Of a stretch of 64,000 nucleotides of DNA, positions 35,822 through 44,020 are shown piece by piece (position 1 is the first letter of the stretch; every line of letters begins with the position of its first letter). The stretch covers positions 66,295-130,294 of the forward strand of contig CAYYLQ010000002.1 in NCBI GenBank assembly GCA_964472655.1. Direction: 5' to 3'. This DNA is from an uncultured Nitrospirales bacterium. Lineage in GTDB: Bacteria; Nitrospirota; Nitrospiria; Nitrospirales; NS-4. The translations under genes and the position numbers were made by a program. The notes below the pieces were generated by a model. That model worked only from the letters and a program-made list of their open reading frames with translations, was not told the DNA's origin and did not search any database.

Positions 35822-36615
35822 AGGGTCAGCGCATTGCAGGAGGGGCCGCCGTCGTGACGGTGGCGGCGTTGGTCGGACTCGCCGGCTGCGGGCTGTTTCA
35901 GGACGAGCATGTGGCGAAGGGCGCGGACCTGTACGCCTATTATTGCTCCCATTGTCACGGGGAGAAAGGGAAGCCGGGCCAGGGCTTTAACTGGAAGCTC
36001 ATGCCAGATCCCAAACCCAAGGACCTGTCCAACAGGGATGAGATGAGCACCCTCAAGGACCAGGAGATCTTCGAGACCATCTCCCGCGACATGAAGGACA
36101 CGACCCCCCAGGTCGGCGACAAGATCGGCGACGACGAGTTCGCCGTTCCGACGATGCCGACGTTCAAGTACACGCTGTCGGAGGAGGAACTCTGGTCGCT
36201 GGTGGCCTTCGTGCGGACGCTCCACGGGACAAAGATAGAGAAGAAGGACTTCGCCGCGCTGAAGAAGGAGCGGCCAAAGGGTTCGCCGATCGCTAAGCCG
36301 ACGGTCACGGCGACGCCGGCCGAAGAGTCCAAGCTGGCGGCGCGCGGCAAGCAGCTCTATTTGAATAAGTACGGCTGCAATGCCTGCCACAAGGTGGGAG
36401 ACACCGGCGGCGAGGTCGGCCCGCCTTTGGACCGGGCGGGGTTCCGCCTGAACGGCCACTGGGTCTATCGGTGGATCAAATACCCGCAGATTATGAAGCC
36501 CCACACCAAGATGCCGAATCTCGGCGTGAGCGACGACGATGCCAAGGCCCTCATGTTCTACCTGAAGACCTTGAACGCGCCGCCGCCGGACAAGCCGCTG
36601 CCGGCTTCGTCCTAA
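35818..36615 (+). CDS. Diheme c-type cytochrome, lipoprotein
   Basis: GTG 35818 overlaps the upstream stop (GTGA) and follows AAGAAGGGG. Lipobox LAGC. Two CxxCH motifs (CSHCH, CNACH). The ORF track extends upstream to 35533 inside the previous gene. Confidence 0.8.
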   Translation: MKGQRIAGGAAVVTVAALVGLAGCGLFQDEHVAKGADLYAYYCSHCHGEKGKPGQGFNWKLMPDPKPKDLSNRDEMSTLKDQEIFETISRDMKDTTPQVGDKIGDDEFAVPTMPTFKYTLSEEELWSLVAFVRTLHGTKIEKKDFAALKKERPKGSPIAKPTVTATPAEESKLAARGKQLYLNKYGCNACHKVGDTGGEVGPPLDRAGFRLNGHWVYRWIKYPQIMKPHTKMPNLGVSDDDAKALMFYLKTLNAPPPDKPLPASS

Positions 36616-36622
36616 GCCGCGC

Positions 36623-37501
36623 CTACCTGAGCAAGACCCCGCTCCAGATGCCCGCGAGGATCAGCGCGCCGATCCCGACGTGCTGCTTGAACAAGACGGA
36701 GGCTTGAGCCTGCGACACCCCGCGTCTAAGCTGTCGTGCCTGGGCGACGAAGAGTCCCACAGCCAGCGCCAGCGAGAGGTAAAACGGAAGCGCGAGGCGT
36801 ATCGCCGCGCCGACGAATGCCAGGATTGCCGCCATGGCGAGCAGCGCGCCGCCCACGGCGATCCAGCACCACTCTCCAAAAAAGATGGCCGAGGAACGCA
36901 CGCCGACCCGCCGGTCGTCCTCGATGTCCTGCAGAGCATAGATCGTATCGTACCCGACGGCCCAGCAGACGGTCGCTGCGAAGAGGCCGAACGCCGGCCA
37001 GCCGATCTCGTTCCGCACCGCAGACCAGGCCATGACAGCGCCCCAGCCGAACGCGATGCCGAGGATGGCCTGCGGGAGCGGCATGACTCGCTTCGCGAGC
37101 GGGTAGAGGACGGCCAGGAGCAGGGCGACGGGCGCCAGCGCAATGGTGAATTGGTTGAGTAGGGAGACCAGGCCGGCGGCGGCGGCAATCAGCAACGCGA
37201 AGATTCCCAATGCGGCGTGGGGATGCAGACGTCCCGATGCGAGCGGGCGCTCGCAGGTCCGCTGAACTTGGCGGTCCAGGTCGCGATCCCACCAGTCGTT
37301 GATGACGACGCCGGCGCTCCGCATGACGAAGACGCCCGTGATGAAAATTGCGACGAGCGTGAGCGGCGGACGCCCCTCGCCGGCGAGCGTCAGCGCCCAC
37401 AACGTCGGCAACAGCAGCAAGAACGATCCCGTTTGGTTGCGGAGTCGGATGAGGTCGGCCAGAGTGGACCAGGAGAGCGGCGAACCTCCGAAAACGGCCA
37501 T
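36623..37501 (-). CDS. ubiA: 4-hydroxybenzoate polyprenyltransferase-like UbiA-family prenyltransferase
   Basis: First Asp-rich motif NDWWDRDLDRQVQRTCERPLASG matches UbiA (NDxxDRxxDxxxxRTxxRPLxSG). Second motif YALQDIEDD. Polytopic protein. Confidence 0.8.
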   Translation of the reverse strand: MAVFGGSPLSWSTLADLIRLRNQTGSFLLLLPTLWALTLAGEGRPPLTLVAIFITGVFVMRSAGVVINDWWDRDLDRQVQRTCERPLASGRLHPHAALGIFALLIAAAAGLVSLLNQFTIALAPVALLLAVLYPLAKRVMPLPQAILGIAFGWGAVMAWSAVRNEIGWPAFGLFAATVCWAVGYDTIYALQDIEDDRRVGVRSSAIFFGEWCWIAVGGALLAMAAILAFVGAAIRLALPFYLSLALAVGLFVAQARQLRRGVSQAQASVLFKQHVGIGALILAGIWSGVLLR

Positions 37502-37560
37502 GCGCGACGGTACCGAATCGGGTTAGGGGTGTCAAGGGCGCGTCCGGACGTCTTCTGTCA

Positions 37561-37589
37561 TTGCGCTTGCCGTCCGTTTCTTGTATAAG
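37561..37589 (+). promoter_or_regulatory. Sigma70-like promoter candidate upstream of the caspase-fold gene
   Basis: TTGCGC (37561-37566), a 17-nt spacer, then TATAAG (37584-37589). Confidence 0.3.
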
Positions 37590-37645
37590 ACACAGACGAA
37601 ACCACTCGGCCGGCGCCCGCCGTCAATCTCAGGAGACCTGGAGTC

Positions 37646-39514
37646 ATGTCCTTCCGCGTTCCGGCCCTCCGGCCTCTGATAAGCCTCGTCGTCCTGCTGG
37701 CGGCGCTGGCGGGTTTCGGGTGCGGACAGAAGCTCGTTTTCCCCCGGTTGGAATTCAAATCCGACGAGCCCCAAATACCCAGCATCCCACTGACCGTCCG
37801 TCTCGACATTCCCGACGCGTTCAAACAGACCCAGCTGTTTTACAAGGATTCGTGCGGCGTGTCCCAGGGCATTCCCTTGGGTGAGCGTCTCGCCGAGCAA
37901 GTGAAGGCCGATGCGGCCGGCGTCTTTGAAAAGACCTTTGTGGGCGGCCCGAAGGATCCCGCCGACGCCGTCCTGAGCGCCGCGATCGAGACCAGCGAAC
38001 TTACCCTGAACATTCCGCGCCGTGAGCCCAACGAGTACAAGATGACTGTCTTGGTGCGCTTGCGGATCACGATGACCGATTCCGAGGGCAGGTCGCTGTT
38101 CAACGGCGCGGTCAAGGGCGAAGGGAAATGGAACGTGACCACCGACGGGATTGAATGCACGGTGCGAGGGCTGATGCTGCCTGTGACGGAGGCGCTGGAA
38201 AAGCTTTCGGATCGGACCGTCGAGGAACTGGCCCAATCGGTCAAGGTCCGCGACTGGGCCATGCGGCTGCAGACTCGCAAGGAAATGACGGCCGGCGGCG
38301 TCCAGGCGCCGCCGGCCGGGGCCGGCGATCCTCCCACGCTGAGCTTCCGTGCGTCGCTCGAAGACGAGAACCGCAACCAGATCCTCAACGCGGGTGAGAA
38401 GGTCGTCGTCCGGGTGGAAGTGGCCAACAGCGGTCCGGGCGTGGCGCGAGGAGTGACGGTCGTCCTGTCCGGAACCCCGGATCTGGTGAAGGAATTCACC
38501 AACCCCACGCTGCTCGGTGATCTCCAGCCGGGCGAGAAGAAACAGGCAGTCATTACATCGCTCCTGCCGGCGTCCCTCTCTGATCAACAGGCGGAGCTGC
38601 AGGTGCAGGTGACCGAGGCCGGCGGATTCGGGCCGCCGACTCAGAAACGGTTCGCCGCGTCGGTGAAGTCGAAGGAAGGGTCAGTCGAGACGGTCGAAGT
38701 CCCGTCCAGCGACGTGGACCAGATCCCCCCGCGGGCGTCGGGGTTCGATCGGCGCACCTCCTATGCCGTCGTGGTGGGGATCGGAGGGTACCGCGAGGAA
38801 GGTGTCCCCAAGCTGAAGTACGCCAAGCGCGATGCCGAAGTGGTCGCCAAGCACCTGATGGCGCTGGCGGGGTATGCCCCCGAGAACGTGCGGGTCTTGA
38901 CGAACGAGCGGGCGCTGCTGGTGGATCTCCAGGAAACTTTTGAAGACTGGCTTCCCCGAATGGCCGCGTCGTCTGGCGTCGTGTTCGTCTATCTGGTCGG
39001 CAACGCCGTCCTCAATCCGGAAAACGGCACGATCGTCCTGATGCCCTATGAGGGCCGTCAGGACCAGGCCCGCCGGGGCTACTCTCTGAAGCGGCTGCAG
39101 GAGGTACTGGCGCGCTTGCCCTCCAAACTGAACCTGGTCTTTGCCGACCTCTCGTTTCCGGCCGATAAGACGGGGGCCAGCCCGCGGCCCATTCTGTGGA
39201 ACGCCGGCGGGCCTGATGGGAAAAACCGTACCATCATCGTCGGATCGTCCTCAACGAACGGTCCCAGCCTGTCATTCGATGCGGGGCAGCACGGACTGTT
39301 CACGTATCACTTCCTCAAGGCCGTTCGCGGGCAGGCCGATACCGACAATAACGGCTGGGTGGACGTGGGCGAGATCGTCGCCTATCTCCGGGAGCAGGTG
39401 GCCAAGGGGGCTGTGGCGCTCAAACGGGAACAGGTGCCGGTGGTCAGTCCCGATGTTGCGCCGGACGGCCCGATCGGCACGTATCCGGTCAGCAAAGCCA
39501 AACGGCGGGGTTGA
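37646..39514 (+). CDS. Lipoprotein with a C-terminal caspase-fold (peptidase C14-like) domain lacking the canonical His/Cys dyad
   Basis: Lipobox LAGFGC. The middle region resembles a CARDB-like beta-sandwich (GEKVVVRVEVANSGPGVARGVTVVLSG). C14-like blocks are present (YAVVVGIGGYR...LKYAKRDAEVVAKHL, HGLFTYHFLKAVRGQADTDNNGWVDVGEIVAYL). GHG is replaced by VGNAV (N at 39002-39004). DxC is replaced by ADLS (S at 39152-39154). Confidence 0.7.
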   Translation: MSFRVPALRPLISLVVLLAALAGFGCGQKLVFPRLEFKSDEPQIPSIPLTVRLDIPDAFKQTQLFYKDSCGVSQGIPLGERLAEQVKADAAGVFEKTFVGGPKDPADAVLSAAIETSELTLNIPRREPNEYKMTVLVRLRITMTDSEGRSLFNGAVKGEGKWNVTTDGIECTVRGLMLPVTEALEKLSDRTVEELAQSVKVRDWAMRLQTRKEMTAGGVQAPPAGAGDPPTLSFRASLEDENRNQILNAGEKVVVRVEVANSGPGVARGVTVVLSGTPDLVKEFTNPTLLGDLQPGEKKQAVITSLLPASLSDQQAELQVQVTEAGGFGPPTQKRFAASVKSKEGSVETVEVPSSDVDQIPPRASGFDRRTSYAVVVGIGGYREEGVPKLKYAKRDAEVVAKHLMALAGYAPENVRVLTNERALLVDLQETFEDWLPRMAASSGVVFVYLVGNAVLNPENGTIVLMPYEGRQDQARRGYSLKRLQEVLARLPSKLNLVFADLSFPADKTGASPRPILWNAGGPDGKNRTIIVGSSSTNGPSLSFDAGQHGLFTYHFLKAVRGQADTDNNGWVDVGEIVAYLREQVAKGAVALKREQVPVVSPDVAPDGPIGTYPVSKAKRRG

Positions 39515-39549
39515 AATCGCCTGGGGGCCCCTGTTAGAGTTTGCCCCGG

Positions 39550-39624
39550 GCCGGCGTAGCTCAGTGGTAGAGCAGCTGATTCGTAATCAGCAGGTCGGTG
39601 GTTCGATCCCACTCGCCGGCTCCA
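39550..39624 (+). tRNA. tRNA-Thr (anticodon CGT), CCA encoded
   Basis: Hand-folded cloverleaf. Acceptor GCCGGCG/CGCCGGC. D-arm GCTCAGTGGTAGAGC. Anticodon stem GCTGA/TCAGC with loop TTCGTAA. T-loop GGTTCGATCC. Discriminator T followed by CCA. Confidence 0.9.
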
Positions 39625-39635
39625 GTGAGGTTTTC

Positions 39636-40109
39636 ATGCCCATCAACCAAGCGCTCGCCACGATTCCATTTTTCGCTGACTTGACCGACCATGAGCGGGA
39701 ACTGCTGGGCCCGCTGTGCGGCATCCGGGAGGGGAGGGAAGGAGACCATCTCATTATCGAAGGCGCCCCGGTCGAGCACATCTTCTGCCTGCTGTCCGGC
39801 AAGGTGGGGGTCTACAAGAAAGACAAGGAAGGGAAGAAGGTCTTGATCGCGTCGCTCGGCAAGGGCTTTATCTTCGGCGAGATGTCATTTTTGGACGGCG
39901 GACCCGCCTCTGCGACGGTCAAGGCGGGGTTGCCCTTTCAAGTGTTGACCATCAATCAAGGCGCCTTGCATCGGTTGCTCGAAAACCAGCCGAAGCTCGG
40001 GCACAAAATACTCAAGGCCATGGCCCACCTGACCAGCCTTCGCTTGAGACAGGCTGATGATATGCTGGCCGGATTTCCCGGCACCTCCCGCGACCTTACG
40101 GTCGCCTGA
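39636..40109 (+). CDS. Stand-alone cyclic-nucleotide-binding domain protein
   Basis: CAP_ED-type sequence (FFADLTDHERELL, GDHLIIEGAPVEHIFCLLSGKV, GFIFGEMSFLDGGPASATVKA). No DNA-binding or other output domain. ORF 39141..40109 trimmed to ATG 39636, which follows GAGG. Confidence 0.8.
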   Translation: MPINQALATIPFFADLTDHERELLGPLCGIREGREGDHLIIEGAPVEHIFCLLSGKVGVYKKDKEGKKVLIASLGKGFIFGEMSFLDGGPASATVKAGLPFQVLTINQGALHRLLENQPKLGHKILKAMAHLTSLRLRQADDMLAGFPGTSRDLTVA

Positions 40110-40147
40110 CCAAAGCCATCTTTTCCCACGAGCGTCGGCTCAGGCCG

Positions 40148-40495
40148 CTACGGTTTCTTGCCTCTCGGCGGCTTCGCCGGCTTTGGTTGGTATGTTTCTT
40201 TTTCTTTCTCCACCAGGACCCTCTTGGTAGCCTCCAACTGCAGTGACAGCGCCGTCATCTCCTGGCTCGTCTTCTGAAACTTGGCCTCCAAGTCCTTCAG
40301 CTCCTGCTGGACACGCTTCAGTTCACCCGAAAGCTTTGCCACATTATTTTGTGCGGTCTGCACGGCTTGCTTGGAGGTTTGACGCTCGGCGTCGAGCTTG
40401 TTATAGGCCTCGCGGAGCGCGCCATATTCGTCCAACGACACGCATCCCCAGAGCGCTGGCGCGACAAGCAGGAAGAGGAGGATGACTCGAAGCAT
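40148..40495 (-). CDS. Coiled-coil lipoprotein of unknown function
   Basis: Start at ATG 40495 gives MLRVILLFLLVAPALWGC (lipobox). The rest is heptad-like (AERQTSKQAVQTAQNNVAKLSGELKRVQQELKDLEAKFQK). Confidence 0.5.
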   Translation of the reverse strand: MLRVILLFLLVAPALWGCVSLDEYGALREAYNKLDAERQTSKQAVQTAQNNVAKLSGELKRVQQELKDLEAKFQKTSQEMTALSLQLEATKRVLVEKEKETYQPKPAKPPRGKKP

Positions 40496-40758
40496 GGGCA
40501 CCTTCCGAGGGAGTATCCTATACGTAATTCGTCCAGGAAACAAACAAGCGGTGGCTCCACGGAACATCGGCTCGTATTACGACAGAATGGTTCGGTCTGG
40601 CTGTCAATTACACGACGGACATCCGCATTTCAGGCGGACATCCACCTCGAATAGGGTTGCCGTTTGATCGTCATGATCGTCGAACTATCTCAAATATTTC
40701 GCCTTTTCGATTGGCATTGTCTGTGCTCACAGGTATTGACAGGAAAGGGGGTGAGTCT

Positions 40759-40935
40759 ATGAAAACCGTACTCGCAGCACTGTTCGCGGTGATGATCGGC
40801 CTTACGTTTGTTGGATCCACCTTCGCGCAGGCGACACCAGCGGCCCCGGCGGCGGCTGAGAAGAAGGATGACAAGAAAGCGGCGAAGGCCGAGAAGAAAG
40901 CAGCGAAGAAGGCCAAGAAGGAAGAGAAGAAATAA
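40759..40935 (+). CDS. Small secreted Lys/Ala-rich protein (58 aa)
   Basis: AAAGGGGG precedes ATG 40759. Signal peptide MKTVLAALFAVMIGLTFVGSTFA. The mature part is almost entirely A/K/E/P. A strong terminator follows. Confidence 0.45.
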   Translation: MKTVLAALFAVMIGLTFVGSTFAQATPAAPAAAEKKDDKKAAKAEKKAAKKAKKEEKK

Positions 40936-40966
40936 CGTTTCTTCCTTAGCATGCACGACAAGACAA

Positions 40967-41007
40967 AGGCCGACAGGGTCTCCACCCTGTCGGCCTTCTG
41001 TCGTTTT
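40967..41007. terminator. Rho-independent terminator between convergent genes
   Basis: A perfect 13-bp stem AGGCCGACAGGGT/ACCCTGTCGGCCT with loop CTCC, followed by TCTGTCGTTTT on the plus strand and TTTGTCTTG on the minus strand. Confidence 0.65.
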
Positions 41008-42430
41008 ACGGCTCATTTGCCAGCGTCCAGATTAGCGACAGCGTGTAGCGCGTGACCGAAGCGAGCAGGTCAGGATTGATCTTGTCGGGGGTGTCGGCCG
41101 GCTGATGGAAGTCCGGATGCGGTCCTGAAGTGACGATCGTCGCCGTGGGGATGCCGGCCTCGGCGAACGGTACGTGATCGCCGCCTGGGAACAGTCCGAA
41201 CAGTTCGAGCTTCTCACTCATGGCGACCTTTTCCGCGGCCGCCTGCGCGACGGACTTCTCGATCTTTGAGAGGCCCACTGTGATTTTGCCGTTCCCCACC
41301 CCCGCGTGATCCACGTTGACCATGGCCTTGACGCTCTTCAGGGGGAAGGCCGGATTCGAAACGTAGAAGCGGGACCCCAGCAACCCCTGTTCTTCGCCCG
41401 CAAAGGAGAGAAACAGGATGCTGCGCTTGGGCCTGATCCCGGTCGTGGAGAGGACGCGAGCGATCCCGAGCAGGATGGCCGTGCCGGACGCGTTATCGTC
41501 TGCGCCGGGAAACAGCAGCCCTCCCTGTATGCCGAAATGGTCATGGTGCGCCCCGAGGATGATGGTCTCTTTGCCGAGTTCGGTGTCAGAGCCGGGCCAG
41601 AAGGCAAGGAGGTTGGAGGCGGTCGCGTTGAAGAAGCGAGGCCGCATTTCTAGAGTGATTCTGACCCCGGTTTCCAACGATCGGGCGGTGAGGACCTGGT
41701 TCATATCTTCCTGGAATGCGCGCAGATTACGTCCTGCCGGCTTCAGGATGGTATCGGCCACTGATGGGTCGAGCCACAATCCCGGCAGGGCCTCTATGAA
41801 CACTCCTTCATAGAGCAGCAATGGCTTCGTGGTCATACCTCTGCGTTGGTCGTAGGGGCCGAGGAGAGGACCCGTCACGGTCAAATAGGCAACAGCCCCT
41901 TTGGCACGGGCGGTGTTGACCTTGTCTCCATGAGTCAGGTGTCCGGCAAAGCCCTTGGGCTGACCCCGCAGGAACAGCACGACTTTTCCCGACACAGACA
42001 GTCCGGCATACTCGTCCAGTCCCTGGCTCGGCGCACTGATCCCGTACCCGACGAATATGACAGAAGCGGAAATTTTTTCGGCCGACGCGGTGTTTACAAT
42101 CGGAAGAAAATCCCGGCCCAGGTGAAGCGACAGGGATTGCTCTGTAAGCTGGATCTCAGCATGGGCCGGTGTATCAGTTCGTACTGTTCTCAAAGGGAAC
42201 GACTGCAACCTCGCGTCTGATAACCCGCTTTTGACATATGCGACGGCTGCGTCACCACCGGGCGTCCCGGATTGCCGGCCCTCGAGGCGCGCCAAATCCT
42301 GCACCGTCTTCATGAGCTGATCCTGGGCGATCTGCGTGATCAGCCGTGTGAAGTCGTCTGGTTCGGCGGCAAAGGCCGGAGTCTGGAGAATCGTCAGTGC
42401 GACGAGCGGCAGAACCGCGAGGCGAGGCAT
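41006..42430 (-). CDS. M28-family aminopeptidase with PA domain, secreted
   Basis: Signal peptide MPRLAVLPLVALTILQTPAFA. Zinc-ligand contexts LGAHHDHFG and PGADDNASGTAILL. Confidence 0.85.
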   Translation of the reverse strand: MPRLAVLPLVALTILQTPAFAAEPDDFTRLITQIAQDQLMKTVQDLARLEGRQSGTPGGDAAVAYVKSGLSDARLQSFPLRTVRTDTPAHAEIQLTEQSLSLHLGRDFLPIVNTASAEKISASVIFVGYGISAPSQGLDEYAGLSVSGKVVLFLRGQPKGFAGHLTHGDKVNTARAKGAVAYLTVTGPLLGPYDQRRGMTTKPLLLYEGVFIEALPGLWLDPSVADTILKPAGRNLRAFQEDMNQVLTARSLETGVRITLEMRPRFFNATASNLLAFWPGSDTELGKETIILGAHHDHFGIQGGLLFPGADDNASGTAILLGIARVLSTTGIRPKRSILFLSFAGEEQGLLGSRFYVSNPAFPLKSVKAMVNVDHAGVGNGKITVGLSKIEKSVAQAAAEKVAMSEKLELFGLFPGGDHVPFAEAGIPTATIVTSGPHPDFHQPADTPDKINPDLLASVTRYTLSLIWTLANEP

Positions 42431-42658
42431 GGGGCATAATTATAGCACGTGGCTTGCAAGGGCCTTGTCCAGTCGTATTTTGTCGATCTTTCTTCTTGCA
42501 TTCTTTTCCGTCCTTCTGTAGAGTCAGCCGCGTTTGGCCGCTTCCAGAGGGCCTCTGAAGAAGGTACCCCCAGTTGGCGATGGGCCTTACAAATCTCCAG
42601 CACCAGGCATACAGACTCAGACACGCGACGTTTCATTCCAGGTTGTGAGGAATTGAAC

Positions 42659-43531
42659 GTGGAGCGTGTTGTTGACGTCAAGCCGCAGCCCCAGTCGCTT
42701 GATTATCTGTCGGTATCCTTGTTCTCCTTGATCGCGGCCGGCGCGCTCGTAGCCGTCCCGACTTTCGGATACCTCGTCGGCTATACCTGGCTGGACTGGG
42801 TCTTGACGATCATCCTCTACTATGTCTCAGGCATGGGCATTACCGTCGGCTATCACCGCCTGCTTTCCCATCGGAGCTTCGACTGCCGGCCCTGGGTCAA
42901 GGTCGCTCTGTTGGTTGCAGGGGGGTGGGCGCTGGAAAATTCAGCTCTCAAGTGGTGCGCGGACCATATCCGACATCACGCCCGGTGCGACAAGGAGGAA
43001 GACCCTTATAACGCCCAGCGTGGGTTTTGGCACAGCCACCTGCTGTGGGTCTTCTATAAGAGCGATCCGCGTTTGAACGAAAAATACGAAAGCCTGCTCC
43101 GCAAGGATCCCATCGTCATGTGGCAGCATCGCTACTATGCGCCCATCGTCCTGTCCGGTCTGGCGTTCCCGTTTCTGGCGGGATATCTCTACGGCGGCTG
43201 GCTGAGCGGCCTGGGATGTTTTCTCCTGGCCGGCGTGGCCCGTATGTTCCTCGTCCTCAATTCGACCTTCTGCATCAATTCGGTCTGTCACCTTTGGGGC
43301 GATCAGCCGCATACGGTAGCCGATTCGAGCCGGGACAATTGGGTTATCTCTCTGCTGACTTTCGGCGAGGGCTACCACAATTACCACCATGCGCATCAAC
43401 GGGATTATCGGAACGGGCCGCGCTGGTACAATTTCGATCCTTCCAAGTGGTTCATCTTCTGTCTGTCTCTGACGGGCATGGTGTCGAATCTCTGCCGGAT
43501 TCAGCCTGAACGGGTCCGGTATCAGGCGTAG
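42659..43531 (+). CDS. Membrane fatty-acid desaturase (delta-9 acyl-lipid/acyl-CoA type)
   Basis: Three His boxes HRLLSH, HIRHH and HNYHH. GTG 42659 follows GAGGAA at an 8-nt spacing. The ORF track starts at 42449. Confidence 0.85.
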   Translation: MERVVDVKPQPQSLDYLSVSLFSLIAAGALVAVPTFGYLVGYTWLDWVLTIILYYVSGMGITVGYHRLLSHRSFDCRPWVKVALLVAGGWALENSALKWCADHIRHHARCDKEEDPYNAQRGFWHSHLLWVFYKSDPRLNEKYESLLRKDPIVMWQHRYYAPIVLSGLAFPFLAGYLYGGWLSGLGCFLLAGVARMFLVLNSTFCINSVCHLWGDQPHTVADSSRDNWVISLLTFGEGYHNYHHAHQRDYRNGPRWYNFDPSKWFIFCLSLTGMVSNLCRIQPERVRYQA

Positions 43532-43651
43532 TCGTGGTTCATGAAATGAGCGTATCACGCGATTAACCCGGGAAGATCCCGTTGGGATCGGGGCGAAGTT
43601 TAACGGATCAACGAACCGCGCGACGGTTCAACAGGGTGAAAGGAGTCGTGT

Positions 43652-43939
43652 ATGGCGAAAGCGATGACGAAGTCTCAGACGGCAGAGCACTTGGCCAGCA
43701 AGGTGGGGGTCACGAAGAAAGCGGCGGGCGAGTTTCTTGACCATCTCGCCGCGCTTGCCCACAAGGAGGCCAAGAACACCTTCACGTTGCCGGGTATCGG
43801 CAAACTCGTGTTGGTGAACCGGAAGGCCCGCATGGGGCGCAATCCGCAGACCGGCGAGGCGATCAAGATTCCGGCGAAGCGGGTGGTGAAGTTCCGGGTG
43901 GCGAAAGCCTGCAAAGACTCGGTGCTGGGGAAGAAATAA
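43652..43939 (+). CDS. HU/IHF-family DNA-binding protein
   Basis: Beta-arm motif RKARMGRNPQTGEAIKIPAKRVVKFR. Size of 95 aa. AGGAG precedes the ATG. Confidence 0.9.
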   Translation: MAKAMTKSQTAEHLASKVGVTKKAAGEFLDHLAALAHKEAKNTFTLPGIGKLVLVNRKARMGRNPQTGEAIKIPAKRVVKFRVAKACKDSVLGKK

Positions 43940-43963
43940 CACATTACTTCCGAAGTGATGCGT

Positions 43964-44006
43964 GAGGAGGGCCGTCCGGGATTGCCGGGCGGCCCTCCTT
44001 TATTTT
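43964..44006 (+). terminator. Rho-independent terminator after the HU gene
   Basis: GC-rich hairpin AGGAGGGCCGTCCGG...CCGGGCGGCCCTCCT followed by TTATTTTT. Confidence 0.65.
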
Positions 44007-44020
44007 TCCGAGAGCAGCGG

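Noticed and set aside
36661-37535. Alternative-frame ORFs overlapping ubiA on both strands (36661..37188, 36726..37535, 36680..37162)
   Set aside because: Only the 36623..37501 frame carries the UbiA Asp-rich motifs and a TM-helix pattern. The others are Arg/Pro/Ala-rich GC artefacts.
39141-39635. ORF 39141..40109 reading through tRNA-Thr, and minus-strand ORF 39382..39612
   Set aside because: Both cross a well-folded tRNA gene and the 3' end of the caspase-fold gene. Only the part from ATG 39636 has cNMP-binding motifs and an RBS.
42453-42467. CTTGCAAG palindrome with CAAGG/CCTTG inverted repeats upstream of the M28 peptidase gene, with a similar element at 48352-48366 upstream of the cyclase gene. 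This could be a shared operator.
   Set aside because: An 8-bp palindrome is expected about once by chance in 64 kb. Two occurrences with different flanks are not significant, and I could not scan exhaustively for more copies.
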